NCBI GenBank assembly: GCA_964016885.1 | Contig: OZ024742.1 | Location: 268,584,001 to 268,648,000, forward strand | Direction of reading: 5' to 3' | DNA length: 64,000 nucleotides | Origin: Eledone cirrhosa | Taxonomy: Eukaryota | Shown: positions 51,437 through 63,276 of the stretch, piece after piece | Position numbering within the stretch: the first letter of the stretch is position 1 | Layout: every line of letters begins with the position of its first letter | The notes under the pieces: model-generated | Seen by the model: only the letters and a program-made list of their open reading frames with translations | Told to the model about the DNA's origin: nothing | The model's database searches: none | Program-made: the position numbers and the translations under genes

Positions 51437-52298
51437 TTGCATTCTATAGAGAGTTAGTGGAGGGAAAGAGCCACAACGTCCTTGGGGAAACTCTGGCCGT
51501 CGACGAAAATCAACTAGCCAATCTCATCAGGAGGACTTTCTGGCCGGGGCCCATGGATAACTTGCAGAAATCCCTGGCCTGGCATTGGTATCGAGGAGCC
51601 TTGCCAGTTCCGGATAACCTCTACAGACACGGAAGTGCCGTCAGCCGGGCCTGTCCAAGATACGCGTCGGATGACCAAACCGTCCTGCAAGCAATCGTCC
51701 AGTGTCCGAGCATCGCTGACACGTGGGTTTATGTCGATCATCTGCTGTCACGTGTAGGACGGATCTGGTTATCAGCTGAGTCCATCGTGAAGATTACCAC
51801 GTCGTCCTCCTCTAACCAGGAGGGCAGGCAATATTAATCTGTCTGGTGGCAATGTTAAAAGAAATCGTATGGTAGACACGAATTAAAGGGTTGAAGACGG
51901 GTAATTTTCTCTTCGTTGACTCTCTCATTACCTTTTTCAATGTTCACCGTAAAAGGAAAATCAGGGTGGAGAGGGAAATTCTGCCTTCCAGCCAGTTTGT
52001 TGAAAGGTGGATGAGAGAGGCAAGAATGGACCATGTGAATGGGACTCTACTGATCGTTTGCCTGTAATATGTAGGAGGAAGACTGGAATAGGGTGCTTGC
52101 CCTAGCAGTCAGGGTGACCGTGGATTTTTTCTGTGGGCTTTCACCTCAAGTAACCCTCAAAGTCTCCCACCTATAGGGGAACTTTTTCTTGTTTTTCTTT
52201 TTTGTTACATCCTTTGTTGTTGGTTTTGTACATGCAGAAATACCTATTTGTACTGTCCTGTATGTAACTTTATACTTTATGTTAATCCTTGTGCTTAA
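51437..52298 (+). mobile_element. Tx1-like LINE copy D, 5'-truncated 3' end
   Basis: Starts right after (TTA)n; AFYRELVEGKS..KSLAW..CPR matches the copy A C-terminus. Confidence 0.9.
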
Positions 52299-52395
52299 TA
52301 ATTGTTTCTACTTTTGGCACAAATCCAACATGTATCCAGTACATTACTGCTACTTTATTTTATCGACCTCGGTAGGATGAAAGGCAAAGTTAACC
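52297..52395 (-). mobile_element. Partial tRNA-derived SINE
   Basis: Reverse complement of the SINE 3' half. Confidence 0.8.
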
Positions 52396-55076
52396 AAGTG
52401 TGGAAGGAAGGCGTCCAAAGCGCATTCTCTGTGGGGAGTAGGGTCACCTCAGGGCCTTCTACCCGCAGAAGACAGCCAAGAAGAGGGGCCCCTCCTCCCG
52501 ACGCCTGATCCGCTGCTACCAAGAGCAGGGCACGAAAAAGAGGCTTCCATAGGGAGTAGGAATGCAACATCCGTGGCAGCCATACAAAAGGCGAAGGACA
52601 ACTAAAACAGCGGCAGCAGCGGGGGCAACACCAACAGTCGCAATAGCGACACCGGTGGCAAAATCGCCTGAGCATGCTTCTCTACCACCATCAACAGCAG
52701 TGGAGCTCATACCCCTCCCAGACGCCACGCAATCATTCATGGATTATGTGGTGAGAGGGAAGTGGAAAACGGTCTGCCACAAAAAAAAACAAAAAAAAAA
52801 AACCCCTTAGCGTCAACCTCCAAAAGTAAAATCAAACAAAGAGTAAAGGCTGCAAGAAGACTGCAGCAACACCACCACCATCACAATCACCATCACAAGC
52901 ATCACCACCAACAACAACCACACTACCACAAGCATCACCAAAAACACCAACATCGCAAACACAACAAAGAACAAACACCCAACATCAACAACAAGAAAAC
53001 AGCAACAAAACCACCCCTCCCGCCAAAAACTACACAGCCATAAACATCGCAAATAAATAACTCTTACAACATGTAAAGCAGCACACAGACATCACAGAAA
53101 CAAATTACTACACCCCACCAACACCAAGAACTCTCCCGAAAAATATAAACATCATTGAAATTAAAATAGAACATTATAAATGTTTGAAAGAAAGATTCAC
53201 TAACGCAGTTGGAGACTTCAGAGAGTCAGTTACCAAGAGGATATACACCGACATCATCTTGGAAACACCCATGACCAGCCAAAGGGACGGTTATACTGTC
53301 CCCTGCCCACACGATCGAGGTAAGTGATACTTTCTCACTTACCCCGTTTCTCATCCAGTATAGCCGTACTTAGAATAGGCAGTACTTGGCCTGGGCTCAT
53401 CTTGGAAGCAGGGTCACTTGCTCAACGACCTCAGGTCACTAAACATAGATGTGGTGGTCATCAGCGAGACGGGAATCTCCGAAGCACAAGCCTTCATACC
53501 GATCTTCGGCGGCTACAATGTATACGCATCACCGAGCCGTCCATGATCGGGGGGAGGAGTTGCTGTGCTTTTTCGGAGAGGCATGGATCTCGCCATATGG
53601 GCCATCTTCCTTGACCCGGAAGGTAAGTTGGTGGTGCTGGACATAACCGGCAACGAAGACAATGATTTCATGCTAGTAGGTGTCTACAACAGGGTCAGGA
53701 CGGTCGGATTTCTTCAGGCGTCTAGAGACTTTTCTTGGAACGTCCCGCTCTTTAGTGTTAGTGCGCGACTGAAAGGTCTTGCGGAGATGGCGAATGCCTA
53801 CATCGCGTCTGTCATCTACTACCGCCTGGTCGCCGTACCGTCCCCCACCCAACTCTGACCAACATGGAGCCTCTTTCTCTTCCGCTTTTTGTGGAAGGGA
53901 CGTGCTCCCATGGGCAGACGATCCATCTTCTGTCAACACCTGTTGCTTGGAGGACAAGGCCGTTACTGATGATGCGCAAACATGCGCTGCGGCTGCGACA
54001 TCTCTGGTGCTTCCTTGACCGTGGACAGGTGGGGACGCCGTTTGCCAGATGCGCTTTTCTGCAGCTCGTCTCCTTGACGGAGCTGCAGTCCTGGATCAGG
54101 AAAAGACCGAGGGATAGAGCTTGGAAGCTAGAATGTCTGCAAGCGCTCACCACCCTCTACCAGCTCGGCACTAGTATCGATGGAACATCCGCCTCGGCCT
54201 TCTATAGTGGGCTAGTCAGGGAAAGAGCGACGTCGTTCTCGGGGAGACCCTTGGCGTTGAAGACCATCAGCTGTTCGCTCTCTTCAAGAGAACTTTCACA
54301 CCGGGGCCTATGGACAACGTCCATAAATCCCTGGCCTGGCAGTGCTACCGGGCAGCGTTGCCGGTTCGGGATATGCTCTACAGTCACGGATGTGCTGTCA
54401 GCCGAGCCTGTCCGAGATGCACGCAGGGCGACGAAACCGTTCTGCATGCAGCGCGACGAAACCGTCCAGCACGCACTTGTTCAGTGCTCCAGCATTGCTG
54501 ACTTGTGGAACTATGTCCAACAGCTGCTGTCGCGTGTAGGACGCATCCTTTAAAGAGGAGGAAGGGCAGGCAGTTTTCATCTTCCTTGTGGCCATGGCGA
54601 AAGAGATTGTGTGGTGGATAAGGATGAAAGGGTTGAAGATGGACACTTTCCTCTCCGGCCAATCCTTTTTTAACTCTTTCAAGTTTCACTTGAAGTGAAA
54701 AATCAGGGTGGAAAAGCAAGTGCTGTCATCTAGTAAGATTGTTGAAGGGCGAGTGAAGTGACGAATCTGGTCCGAGTGAACGGCCCCGCTCTGTGTATGC
54801 ACCTGTAGCCTGAGGAGTGGGAAACTCGAGAGAGGGCGCTTGCCCTGGTGGTCAGGGTTGGTGTGGTCTTTTGTGTTGTTTCGCCATGAGTGACCCTCGG
54901 AGATTTCCCCCTGTTTGGGGAATTTATTTGGATTGAATTTTTCTTAATTTACATCCCGATTTCTATCTTGTTATAACCTGTTTAAACGACCAAAACCCAC
55001 TTTGTTTCCTCCTGTACTGTTCTGTGCCGTCTCTAATTGTTTCTTCATGTTAGCCCTTCTGGACAATAAAGAAACC
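52396..55076 (+). mobile_element. Tx1-like LINE copy E with RT deleted
   Basis: ORF1 remnant, EN start (LRIGS, 53370), then a jump near 53762 to the post-RT region (LKGLAEMANAYIAS); ends aataaagaaacc then (TTA)n. Confidence 0.88.
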
Positions 55077-55839
55077 ATTATTATTATTGTTGTTATTTTT
55101 ATCATTACCATTATCATTGTTATTAGTTTCTACATTGATTTTATTAACATAGGATCAATTTATTGTCTCACTATCAAGTTATGTAAACTCAAATAGACAG
55201 TTTTTCCCGCTGTATAATGTGCTGTTCTCAAAAGTGTTATTGTCTGCAATGGTGTAATGCTAGTGCTGATTCCAATATCGCCGAGCTTCGTTCTTCAATC
55301 GCAATTTGTACCAATCTTGCATTCATATTTCATATTCCCTCGACTTTTATTCTTCTGCCTACATACTTTACGATTTTCTCGTTTTCTTTACCCATAATTT
55401 AAAGGTCTTTTGAGCAAGCTACATAAATAAACAAACACCTTTTTTTCAATACCTTACACCACCAAAGTCATGACTAGCCTTTTAATTCCAAGTACTCTAT
55501 TTATCTAGATTGTAAAGTACCAAAGTGTTTCATAGTCTATATTTTCCCGTACCTTAACAGTTTTGTCCTGGTACTATTTCGTAAGACCTTTACAGGCACT
55601 TGTGATGTGTGTCACACTTTCCACCTTATTAGATATTCTTTATACGTGAAGATGAGGACATGTGATGCGAGTAGATGCGGATATGTGAAGTAGTTGACAA
55701 GGATGTAAAGTTCAGTGTCACATTCAATTAATTTTTTGAGGTTCTGCAGAAAGAAGGTCACTTATGTCTTACACAATAACACACCCCATTATTTGTAAAT
55801 ATTATACGAGTATCGTTTACAAGTATTTTTATATTATAG

Positions 55840-55902
55840 ATGCCCTGGACAGATGTTTATTGAGCTTTTTAATGAGAAATATTATCGATATATATTTAAT
55901 AT
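55840..55902 (+). pseudogene. Candidate 63-nt exon (duplicated)
   Basis: ttatag acceptor, gtattg donor; CPGQMFIELFNEKYYRYIFN; paralogue at 56462-56524. Confidence 0.35.
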
Positions 55903-56132
55903 GTATTGATTAAATCAAGAATTGACTTCTTTCTAATTCTAATTTCCAGAAATCAGTTTTGAGATGACTAAAATGGATTCGCTTGAAGCTCTTTCTAGTA
56001 ATCGTTAAGGCATGTCCTCTTCATCTGCCCTTCAATAAAAGCTCATAATTGCACCATGTGGAAAATAGTTACATATTTTCGTCCAAGTATAGATTACTAC
56101 TATTTTAATACAGCGTGTGAGATATAATTTAG

Positions 56133-56277
56133 CGAAGACTTAAACGTATTGACCAAGAGAATCATGGTCTTAATTCATGTTTACCGAAATCGATAATTGG
56201 TGATCGATACTATATATTGTAATCGATGGTGAACATTTGACCTTCTCTGATGCTCAGAAACAGATCCGTTTATGGAA
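56133..56277 (+). pseudogene. Candidate decayed exon
   Basis: gtaagt donor at 56278; 3' part reads LYIVIDGEHLTFSDAQKQIRLWK (phase 2); the 5' part needs a frameshift; acceptor ambiguous. Confidence 0.3.
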
Positions 56278-56461
56278 GTAAGTCTATTTAAGTACAATAT
56301 AATATTTATATGAGTACAGCAATAATCTAACACATAAGAGTAAGACTTTAAATATGAAATTATATCCACTGATCATTTGCTCTATACATATGTAACAAAT
56401 ATTAGTTTGTTTCTCAATTGATATATCCTCCTGTATCGTTTACAAATATGTTATGTTATAG

Positions 56462-56524
56462 ATGCTCTGAACACACGTTTATTGAACATTTTATTAAGAA
56501 ACATTATCGATAAATATATCTTAA
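56462..56524 (+). pseudogene. Candidate 63-nt exon (duplicate)
   Basis: ttatag acceptor, gtattg donor; phase 2; CSEHTFIEHFIKKHYR*IYL. Confidence 0.35.
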
Positions 56525-56584
56525 GTATTGTTTAAACCTAAAATTAATTTTTAGTTAGCTCCACAACAAATTATCAAATTATGC

Positions 56585-57206
56585 TCGAGGGCGCGGTATT
56601 CACCTAACAGATTATCAACCCGTGTATGGTTATGCTGAGAAAGGAAGTGTATATGGACTGACTGAATTCAGCGCGACGGAGTGCGATAAGGGGGACAATG
56701 TTCGTTTGAGTTAGATCAGGCCTTAAAGCCAAACTCATTGTCTTCAATATGGTTTTCGTGCCAGCTTTTCCTCATGGTCATGAATCTTGGGTAATAACCG
56801 AAATAATACGATCGCGAATACAAGCGCCAGAAATGGCATGCATCCGAAGGGTCTTTGGAGTAACGTTACTAGATATAGTGCATATCTCGGAGATCAGAGA
56901 TTGATTCCAGTTACAGCCGATCCTTCTCCAAATTAAGTGAAACTGAGCTCCGAATATATGGTCATGTCGTTAGGATGTTTTAGGAAAGAATCACTAGACA
57001 GATTTCAAGGGCAAAACAACAGGTAGGAGACCCAGTGATAGACTCCGAGCAAGATGGAGGGATCCCATCCTAAAACTTGGCTGGTCACGCTTGGGATCTA
57101 GCCGGATGAGTTAGAAGAAGAAGAAGAAGAAGAAGAAGAAGAAGAAGAAGAAGAAGAAGAAGAAGAAGAAGAAGAAGAAGAAGAAGAAGAAGAAGAAGAA
57201 GAAGAA
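56585..57206 (+). mobile_element. RTE-clade LINE 3' fragment with (GAA)n tail
   Basis: VFVPAFPHGHESWVITEIIRSRIQAPEMACIRRVFGVTLLD; (GAA)n at 57112-57206; related to 3229-3780. Confidence 0.85.
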
Positions 57207-57686
57207 AGATGATGATAGGGGGGGGGACCGGACGGTTAAGCTCTTGCTGTTTCAAACAGCTCGTCTGGAACTAACTGTTGAAACCGTAAGAGCTCAGGAA
57301 TACTATACAATCCATTGTATGGAGTGTTCTGTTGAGTAATGGTCTAACTAGTTTCAAACTAGTACCTATTTATAAATCTTAAAATATTAAAATCAATAGA
57401 ATAATCAAACACCCCTAAAAAGGAAACTATTATTATCTATTTTGAGATATTTACAAAGCTGCCAAAATCTGTCGATATGATAAACACATTTTTTACAATT
57501 ATATTCATAATCCTATCTAAATGTATTTTATTTTGGCTACTATTTTTGAAAATTTCAAGGACATGTTTTCTTGCAGATACAACCAACCAAAACAAACACA
57601 TACATTAATAACAAACACACGCCTATATTACATATGTAGTTTCTCTCTATATTTGCTCACCACTCTGTCTATATCTCTCAACCTCA

Positions 57687-57762
<76 letters not shown>

Positions 57763-57826
57763 AGGTGAACCTTCAACCGTTAAGGTCTCATTCCTGGATA
57801 TGTCAATATTTATAAAACAAACTTTG

Positions 57827-57887
57827 TATTTTATCTGATGAGACCGTAGCAAAGTTTTGGAAACCTTGAAATATATATAATAGAATA
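57827..57887 (+). ncRNA. Hammerhead motif family A, second copy (weak stem II)
   Basis: tattttat/atagaata stem I, CTGATGA 57835-57841, GAAA 57868-57871, tatata-TA; 3' flank nearly identical to 28650-28695. Confidence 0.6.
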
Positions 57888-58044
57888 AATATGGTTTTAA
57901 AAATATAGTTTCCATTTATTAATATCATTGATATTATACTCCAGAAAATCTGTCGAGTGCTTCGAATGTGTTATAAATATATTTGTTGAATTACAAACAT
58001 ATTATATATCCCTTTGCTTATATATATATATATATATATATAAG

Positions 58045-58796
58045 AAAGTACGCCCAAAGAATCATTTGATAATATATATACTATATTTCCTCTCCCAATC
58101 AGCATACTTAACCACACAAAAAATCAATTATACTAGGCTATAAGATTAAAAGGCACCGATGAGGAAATAGTAGATAAATAAACGACAGCAATCTATTCGC
58201 GACCAGACGCTATAGAATATTTACCCAACATTTCAATAGCACGTGGAAATAGATTAAATATACCGTCAACCATACACAATTAGGTATGAAATTAAAGTTA
58301 GAAGAAAACATGCAAATACACATATTAGGAATACGTTTCTATACTTAGGGTTTCGTCGCTTTCGGGAATATCCTATTAAGGATTAAATCTCGAGCTTCGA
58401 ACTCATCAGGAAACAAACTCATTTGGACAAAGAATTTTCTTAAGTGATCCCCGCCAGAAACGAATTCAAAAGGGCTAAGTACTGTGACATGGCAGTGGTC
58501 AAGTCAAAAAGAATGTGATTGATTGCTTAAGCCGAGTGAAACGTAATCCTGGTATGTGTATATGCATTTTTTCTTCTAACTTTAATTTTATACCTAATTG
58601 TGTATGGTTGACGGTATATTTAATCGATTTCCACGTGCTATTGAAATGTTGGGTACATATTCTGTAGCGGTTGGTCGCGAATAGGTGCTTTTTAATTTTA
58701 TAGCCTGGTCTAATTGATTTTTTGTGTGGTTAATTATGCTGATTGGGAGAGGAAATGGTGTATATATATTATCAAATGATTCTATGGACATACTTT
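58045..58796. repeat. ~250-bp inverted repeat with hammerhead-containing spacer
   Basis: 58045-58324 is the reverse complement of 58553-58796; the left arm has a short insertion. Confidence 0.9.
58329..58420 (-). ncRNA. Type I hammerhead motif (family E), long stem II, imperfect stem III
   Basis: Minus strand gagtttgtttc-CTGATGA-[gttcg..atcct taat aggat..cgac]-GAAA-ccctaagta-TA-gaaacgtattc. Confidence 0.55.
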
Positions 58797-58906
58797 ATAA
58801 TATATTGCTCTGATTATTCAATTTATTAATTCATCATTGAGCTACATCGGGAATGGTTGCAAAAACATATATATCTGTGACTTTGTCCAGTTTGTGTATA
58901 TGTAAA

Positions 58907-58972
<66 letters not shown>

Positions 58973-59757
58973 TTAGGATAATTTACTAAGATAAGACAGC
59001 AAACGAAAAGATAGTACGAAATGATTTTTTTAAGGGAAAACATTAATGATTTTAAAATAAATAAAACAGACGTAAGTCTCCAACGGTACTCTGGTCCATC
59101 CGGTGTCACAGCGTCTGACCATCAACCCTAAGCGCTGTCCGTGGAGTAAAAGAAGACACAAAATAATGACTACAGCAATTCGTCCATAACATGTACGCGT
59201 AGAATATTATGTGACGACTAGGAGAAGGTAATGTGATAATCCCGTGAGACTGAAAAAAAGAATGACGTAAACAAATGAAAATTGCAAGAAGAACAAAGAA
59301 AGACATTGTGTTAAAATATATAATCCACCTATACATCCGAATTTAATTTCTATGTCCCCGCGCATATACATACACATGCACCTATGTATATACACATATA
59401 CATACATATGTACATGTGTATATACATATTAACATAATTTTGGATGGCCGTCGACTCTTATGAGTTCTCCGCCCTTTGTCAGGTTTTGATTTTTGTCCTG
59501 CAGGGTGACCAACATGACCCTTCTCACCAAGTAAGCTTGAGGAGTTGCCGGTTTAGTCGCCGACGACTCGACCATGCGACAGGTTGTACTGGGTTATATG
59601 TTACCAGTAGCACTCAATAGTGTCCCGACATAATATAGATACGTCTATAGATAGATAGACGAGAGAAACTACACAGTCAGGACTTTCAAGAAAAATAGGT
59701 ATATGTTTGTCTATTGCAACCTCTTATTTTGTAATTCGTATATATATATATATACAT

Positions 59758-59803
<46 letters not shown>

Positions 59804-60000
59804 AAAGAAATATGATTTCTTTTCATGCATATAAATATATATATATATATATATATAAAAGAAATATGATTTCTTTTCATGCATAGGTTTATACAATATG
59901 TATAAATATTTCGTATCTCCAAAGAAATACGGTTTTAGGAAGGCGTAGTTATGCAAACACCGGGGGGCTAACGCCCTCTAGTGATGTCCAGCAGAAGGAA

Positions 60001-60060
60001 GGGGGACAACAGTATATGCATTTCAGGCCTAACTGGCCTTCGTCAGGACGGTCCATCCCA
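60001..60060 (-). ncRNA. Minimal type I hammerhead motif (family B, copy 1)
   Basis: accgtc-CTGACGA-aggcc agtta ggcct-GAAA-tgca-TA-tactgt; core and stem II perfect, two stem I mismatches. Confidence 0.75.
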
Positions 60061-60325
60061 CCGCTTGCGACTGCTGGGCTAGAAGACAGGCGAGAATATA
60101 TACTTTTCTCGTATGTGTAAATGAGGTGATTAATCTCATTTACATATGAAGCTGCATATGTTGGCTCAACGTATAATAAAAAAGAAATAGGATTTCGCTT
60201 CAAGCATAGCTTTATACAATATGTATAAATATTTCGTATCTCCAAAGAAATACGCTTTTAGGAAGCCGTAGCTATGCAAACACCGGGGTTTAACGCCACC
60301 TGGTGATGTCCACCAGAAGCAAGGT

Positions 60326-60382
60326 GGGCAACCCTCTAGCGCATTTCAAGCTTAAGTAGACTTCGTCAGGACGGTCCCTCCC
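60326..60382 (-). ncRNA. Hammerhead family B copy 2 (degenerate)
   Basis: Core CTGACGA and GAAA kept; stems II and III mutated. Confidence 0.5.
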
Positions 60383-60562
60383 ACCGCTTGAGGCTGCTGG
60401 ACTAGAAGACAGGCTGCTTGAAGCGAAATCCTATTTCTTTTTTCATTATAAGTTGAGCCAACTTATACAGCTTGATATGCAAATGAAATTAATCACCTCA
60501 TTTACACGGAGGAGAAACGTATATATTTTCGCCTGTCTTCAAGACCAGCAGTCGCAAGCGGT

Positions 60563-60619
60563 GGGAGGGACTGTCCTAACGAAGGCCAGTTAAGCCTGAA
60601 ATGCATAGACGGTTGTCCC
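60563..60619 (+). ncRNA. Hammerhead family B copy 3 (G5A core mutation)
   Basis: actgtc-CTAACGA-aggc..gcct-GAAA-tgca-TA-gacggt; stem I intact, core likely inactive. Confidence 0.6.
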
Positions 60620-60804
60620 CCTTGCTTCTGCTGGACATCACCAGGGTGCGTTAGACCCCCGGTGTTTGCATAGCTACGGCTTGCAGTTGAGATAAACCCT
60701 CCATCTCAATCCTACTTTTGAAAAGCATAAGAAATGTGAAACCGCTAAAGGAAACAAACAAATATTCTTATAAAGCCTCCAGTTGTAGGTTCGATTTCTT
60801 TTCC

Positions 60805-60882
<78 letters not shown>

Positions 60883-60934
60883 TATATAATGAAGACCAGA
60901 ATCTGAAGAGTGCTCGATATGGATTAAATATCTA

Positions 60935-61440
60935 CTAGCTGAATGACCCGGTGTTGCCCGATTACTGAAGTTCTTATTCAGATTAGTAAACAATAAATAT
61001 GAAGATATGTTTCTTTCTTATAATCATTCAAAACATCTATATTTTATTTTTAAAATATCAAAATTGTAAAGATAATAGAATTTAGAAATGAAATTCTGTC
61101 AAATTTGAAGGACCTTAGGGTAAACAATATTCATTGTGTAATTTTTTGTTAGAGGCCAAATGAATAAATTGTTGCTGCATTCAACTCCTGAGCGACCAAC
61201 ATGAGAGTGACATATAGTAGAGAGATAAAGGCCAACTACGTTGAGGGATTGACCCTGAGATTTGTTAATTGAAATGACAAAAGTTAGTTTGACTGCAAAC
61301 TGAAACCCCTTAAATTCAAATGGAACATCTGTAAGTATAAGAGGATTTTTTGGAATAAAGACATGTTGTGTTCAATATTGAAAACAAATAAGTATCAACA
61401 CCTAAAAGAAATATATAGTATTATTGTTTTGTATGCAGTG
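60935..61440 (-). mobile_element. Probable Helitron 3' end fragment
   Basis: a|CTAGctgaatgacccggtgttgcccg resembles the Helitron terminus at 4106; the other end was not found. Confidence 0.5.
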
Positions 61441-61514
61441 TAAACTAACTCACACACACATACACTCTCCCATACACTCACACACATATACTTGTTAGAC
61501 GTCATACATGTTTA

Positions 61515-61834
<320 letters not shown>

Positions 61835-61837
61835 ATA

Positions 61838-61949
61838 GGAACCAGTAAGACCCCGACGGCTGAGCTCAAGCTGTTTCGAAGGCTAATTCTGGACTAAATG
61901 AAAATTTATCCTGGTATTTAAATAGCTGAGCTTCTCAAGGGGTAATTCC
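61838..61949 (-). ncRNA. Hammerhead family C, second copy (U3-A8 core, stem mismatches)
   Basis: Same TTGAGAA core and GUC site as 63060-63171, but substitutions weaken stems II and III. Confidence 0.6.
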
Positions 61950-63059
61950 ATATATGGTCAAAGTGATTGTCAAAAGTTAGTAGTAATTCTGTGATTGCAA
62001 ATTAGTAGGGGAGATGGTGGCTAAACCTGCCAGTAGGAGAAAAAGGGGAGGGGGTGGAGTAGACCCAATCATGTAGTAGACCCAATCTTAGTGCCAGCTA
62101 CAGCTGGGCATGAGGTCAAAGAAGATACTGGGGAGGGGGAGGGGGAGGAAGTCGAAACGGTAGGTAGAACAATGAGGGGTAAAAATATATATATGAAAGA
62201 AAAAATACTGAGAGTGATGAATTGCGAATAAGTGTAAATAAAAAAGAGTATGAAAGCAAGTTCTACGACCTAAGTCTCTAGCTATTGTTAGGCTAGATAA
62301 ATAAATAAATAAATAAAGAAAGAAATAAAGAAAGAAATAATGAAATAACGAAATAAGTAAATAAACTAGGTGGGACGGAATAGGCAAGACCCTTTTAAGA
62401 GGTATAAGTACGTAAATCATACGGTTAGAGTTAGCATTAGTATATATATTTTTTCGGGACTCAGAATTATTATCTCGTACTAGTTTACTTTGCTGCACTG
62501 GCTGGTTGCTGGCCTTGTGCCTGGGATAGAAACCTTTATTATTTATTTCGTGGTAGTTTATTTAGTATTTTGGCCCCATTTGTTGACCCGTCATGTATGA
62601 TTTACGTACTTATACCTCTTAAAAGGGTCCTTGCCTATTCCGTCCCACCTAGTTTATTTACTTATTTCGTTATTTCTTTATTTCTTGCTTTATTTCTTTC
62701 TTTCTTTATTTATTTATTTATCTAGCCTAACAATAGCTAGAGACTTAGGTCGTAGAACTTGCTTTTATACTCTTTTTTCTTTACACTTATTCGCCTTTCA
62801 TCACTCTCAGTATTTTTTCTTTCATATATATATTTTTATCCCTCATTGTTCTACCTACCGTTTCTACTTCCTCCCCCTCCCCCTCCCCAGTATCTTCTTT
62901 GACCTCATGCCCAGCTGTAGCTGGCACTAAGAACGCATGATTGGGTCTACTCCACCCCCTCCCCTTTTTCTCCTACTGGCAGGTTTAGCCACCATCTCCC
63001 CTACTAATTTGCAATCACAGAATTACTACTAACTTTTGACAATCACTTTGACCATATAT

Positions 63060-63171
63060 GGAATTACCCCTTGAGAAGCTCGGCTATTTAAATACCAGGA
63101 TAAATTTTCATTTAGTCCAGAATTAGCCGTCGAAACGGCTTGAGCTCAGCCGTCGGGGTCTTACTGGTTCC
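63060..63171 (+). ncRNA. Type I hammerhead ribozyme with non-canonical U3-A8 core (family C)
   Basis: acccc/ggggt stem I plus ggaa/ttcc; TTGAGAA 63071-63077; stem II g-c and cggcta/tagccg; GAAA 63132-63135; stem III acggct/agccgt; GUC site at 63154. Confidence 0.75.
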
Positions 63172-63276
63172 TATTACCCACTCTACTACCCTAAGTATTG
63201 AGTACTTTGATTCGTTATGGTCCACCTGGTTCCTTACCACATTTCCTTCGTTATATATATATATATATATATACAT

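Larger units (their letters stand above)
59800..60685. repeat. 323-bp-period tandem repeat plus inverted copy, each unit with a hammerhead
   Basis: tcgtatctcc at 59911 and 60234; 60415-60685 is an inverted copy. Confidence 0.9.
61835..63252. mobile_element. Non-coding element: ~585-bp inverted arms with terminal hammerheads (PLE pseudo-LTR-like)
   Basis: 61835-62422 is the reverse complement of 62595-63174 at high identity; 172-bp spacer; right arm runs 78 bp further; both ends abut (TA)n. Confidence 0.85.

Noticed and set aside
55950-56009. Additional exon with a GC donor
   Set aside because: Stops in all frames and phase inconsistent with the upstream candidate.
62088-62930. Paired ORFs 62088..62498 and 62631..62930
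   Set aside because: Low-complexity translations of the two inverted arms; no protein motif.
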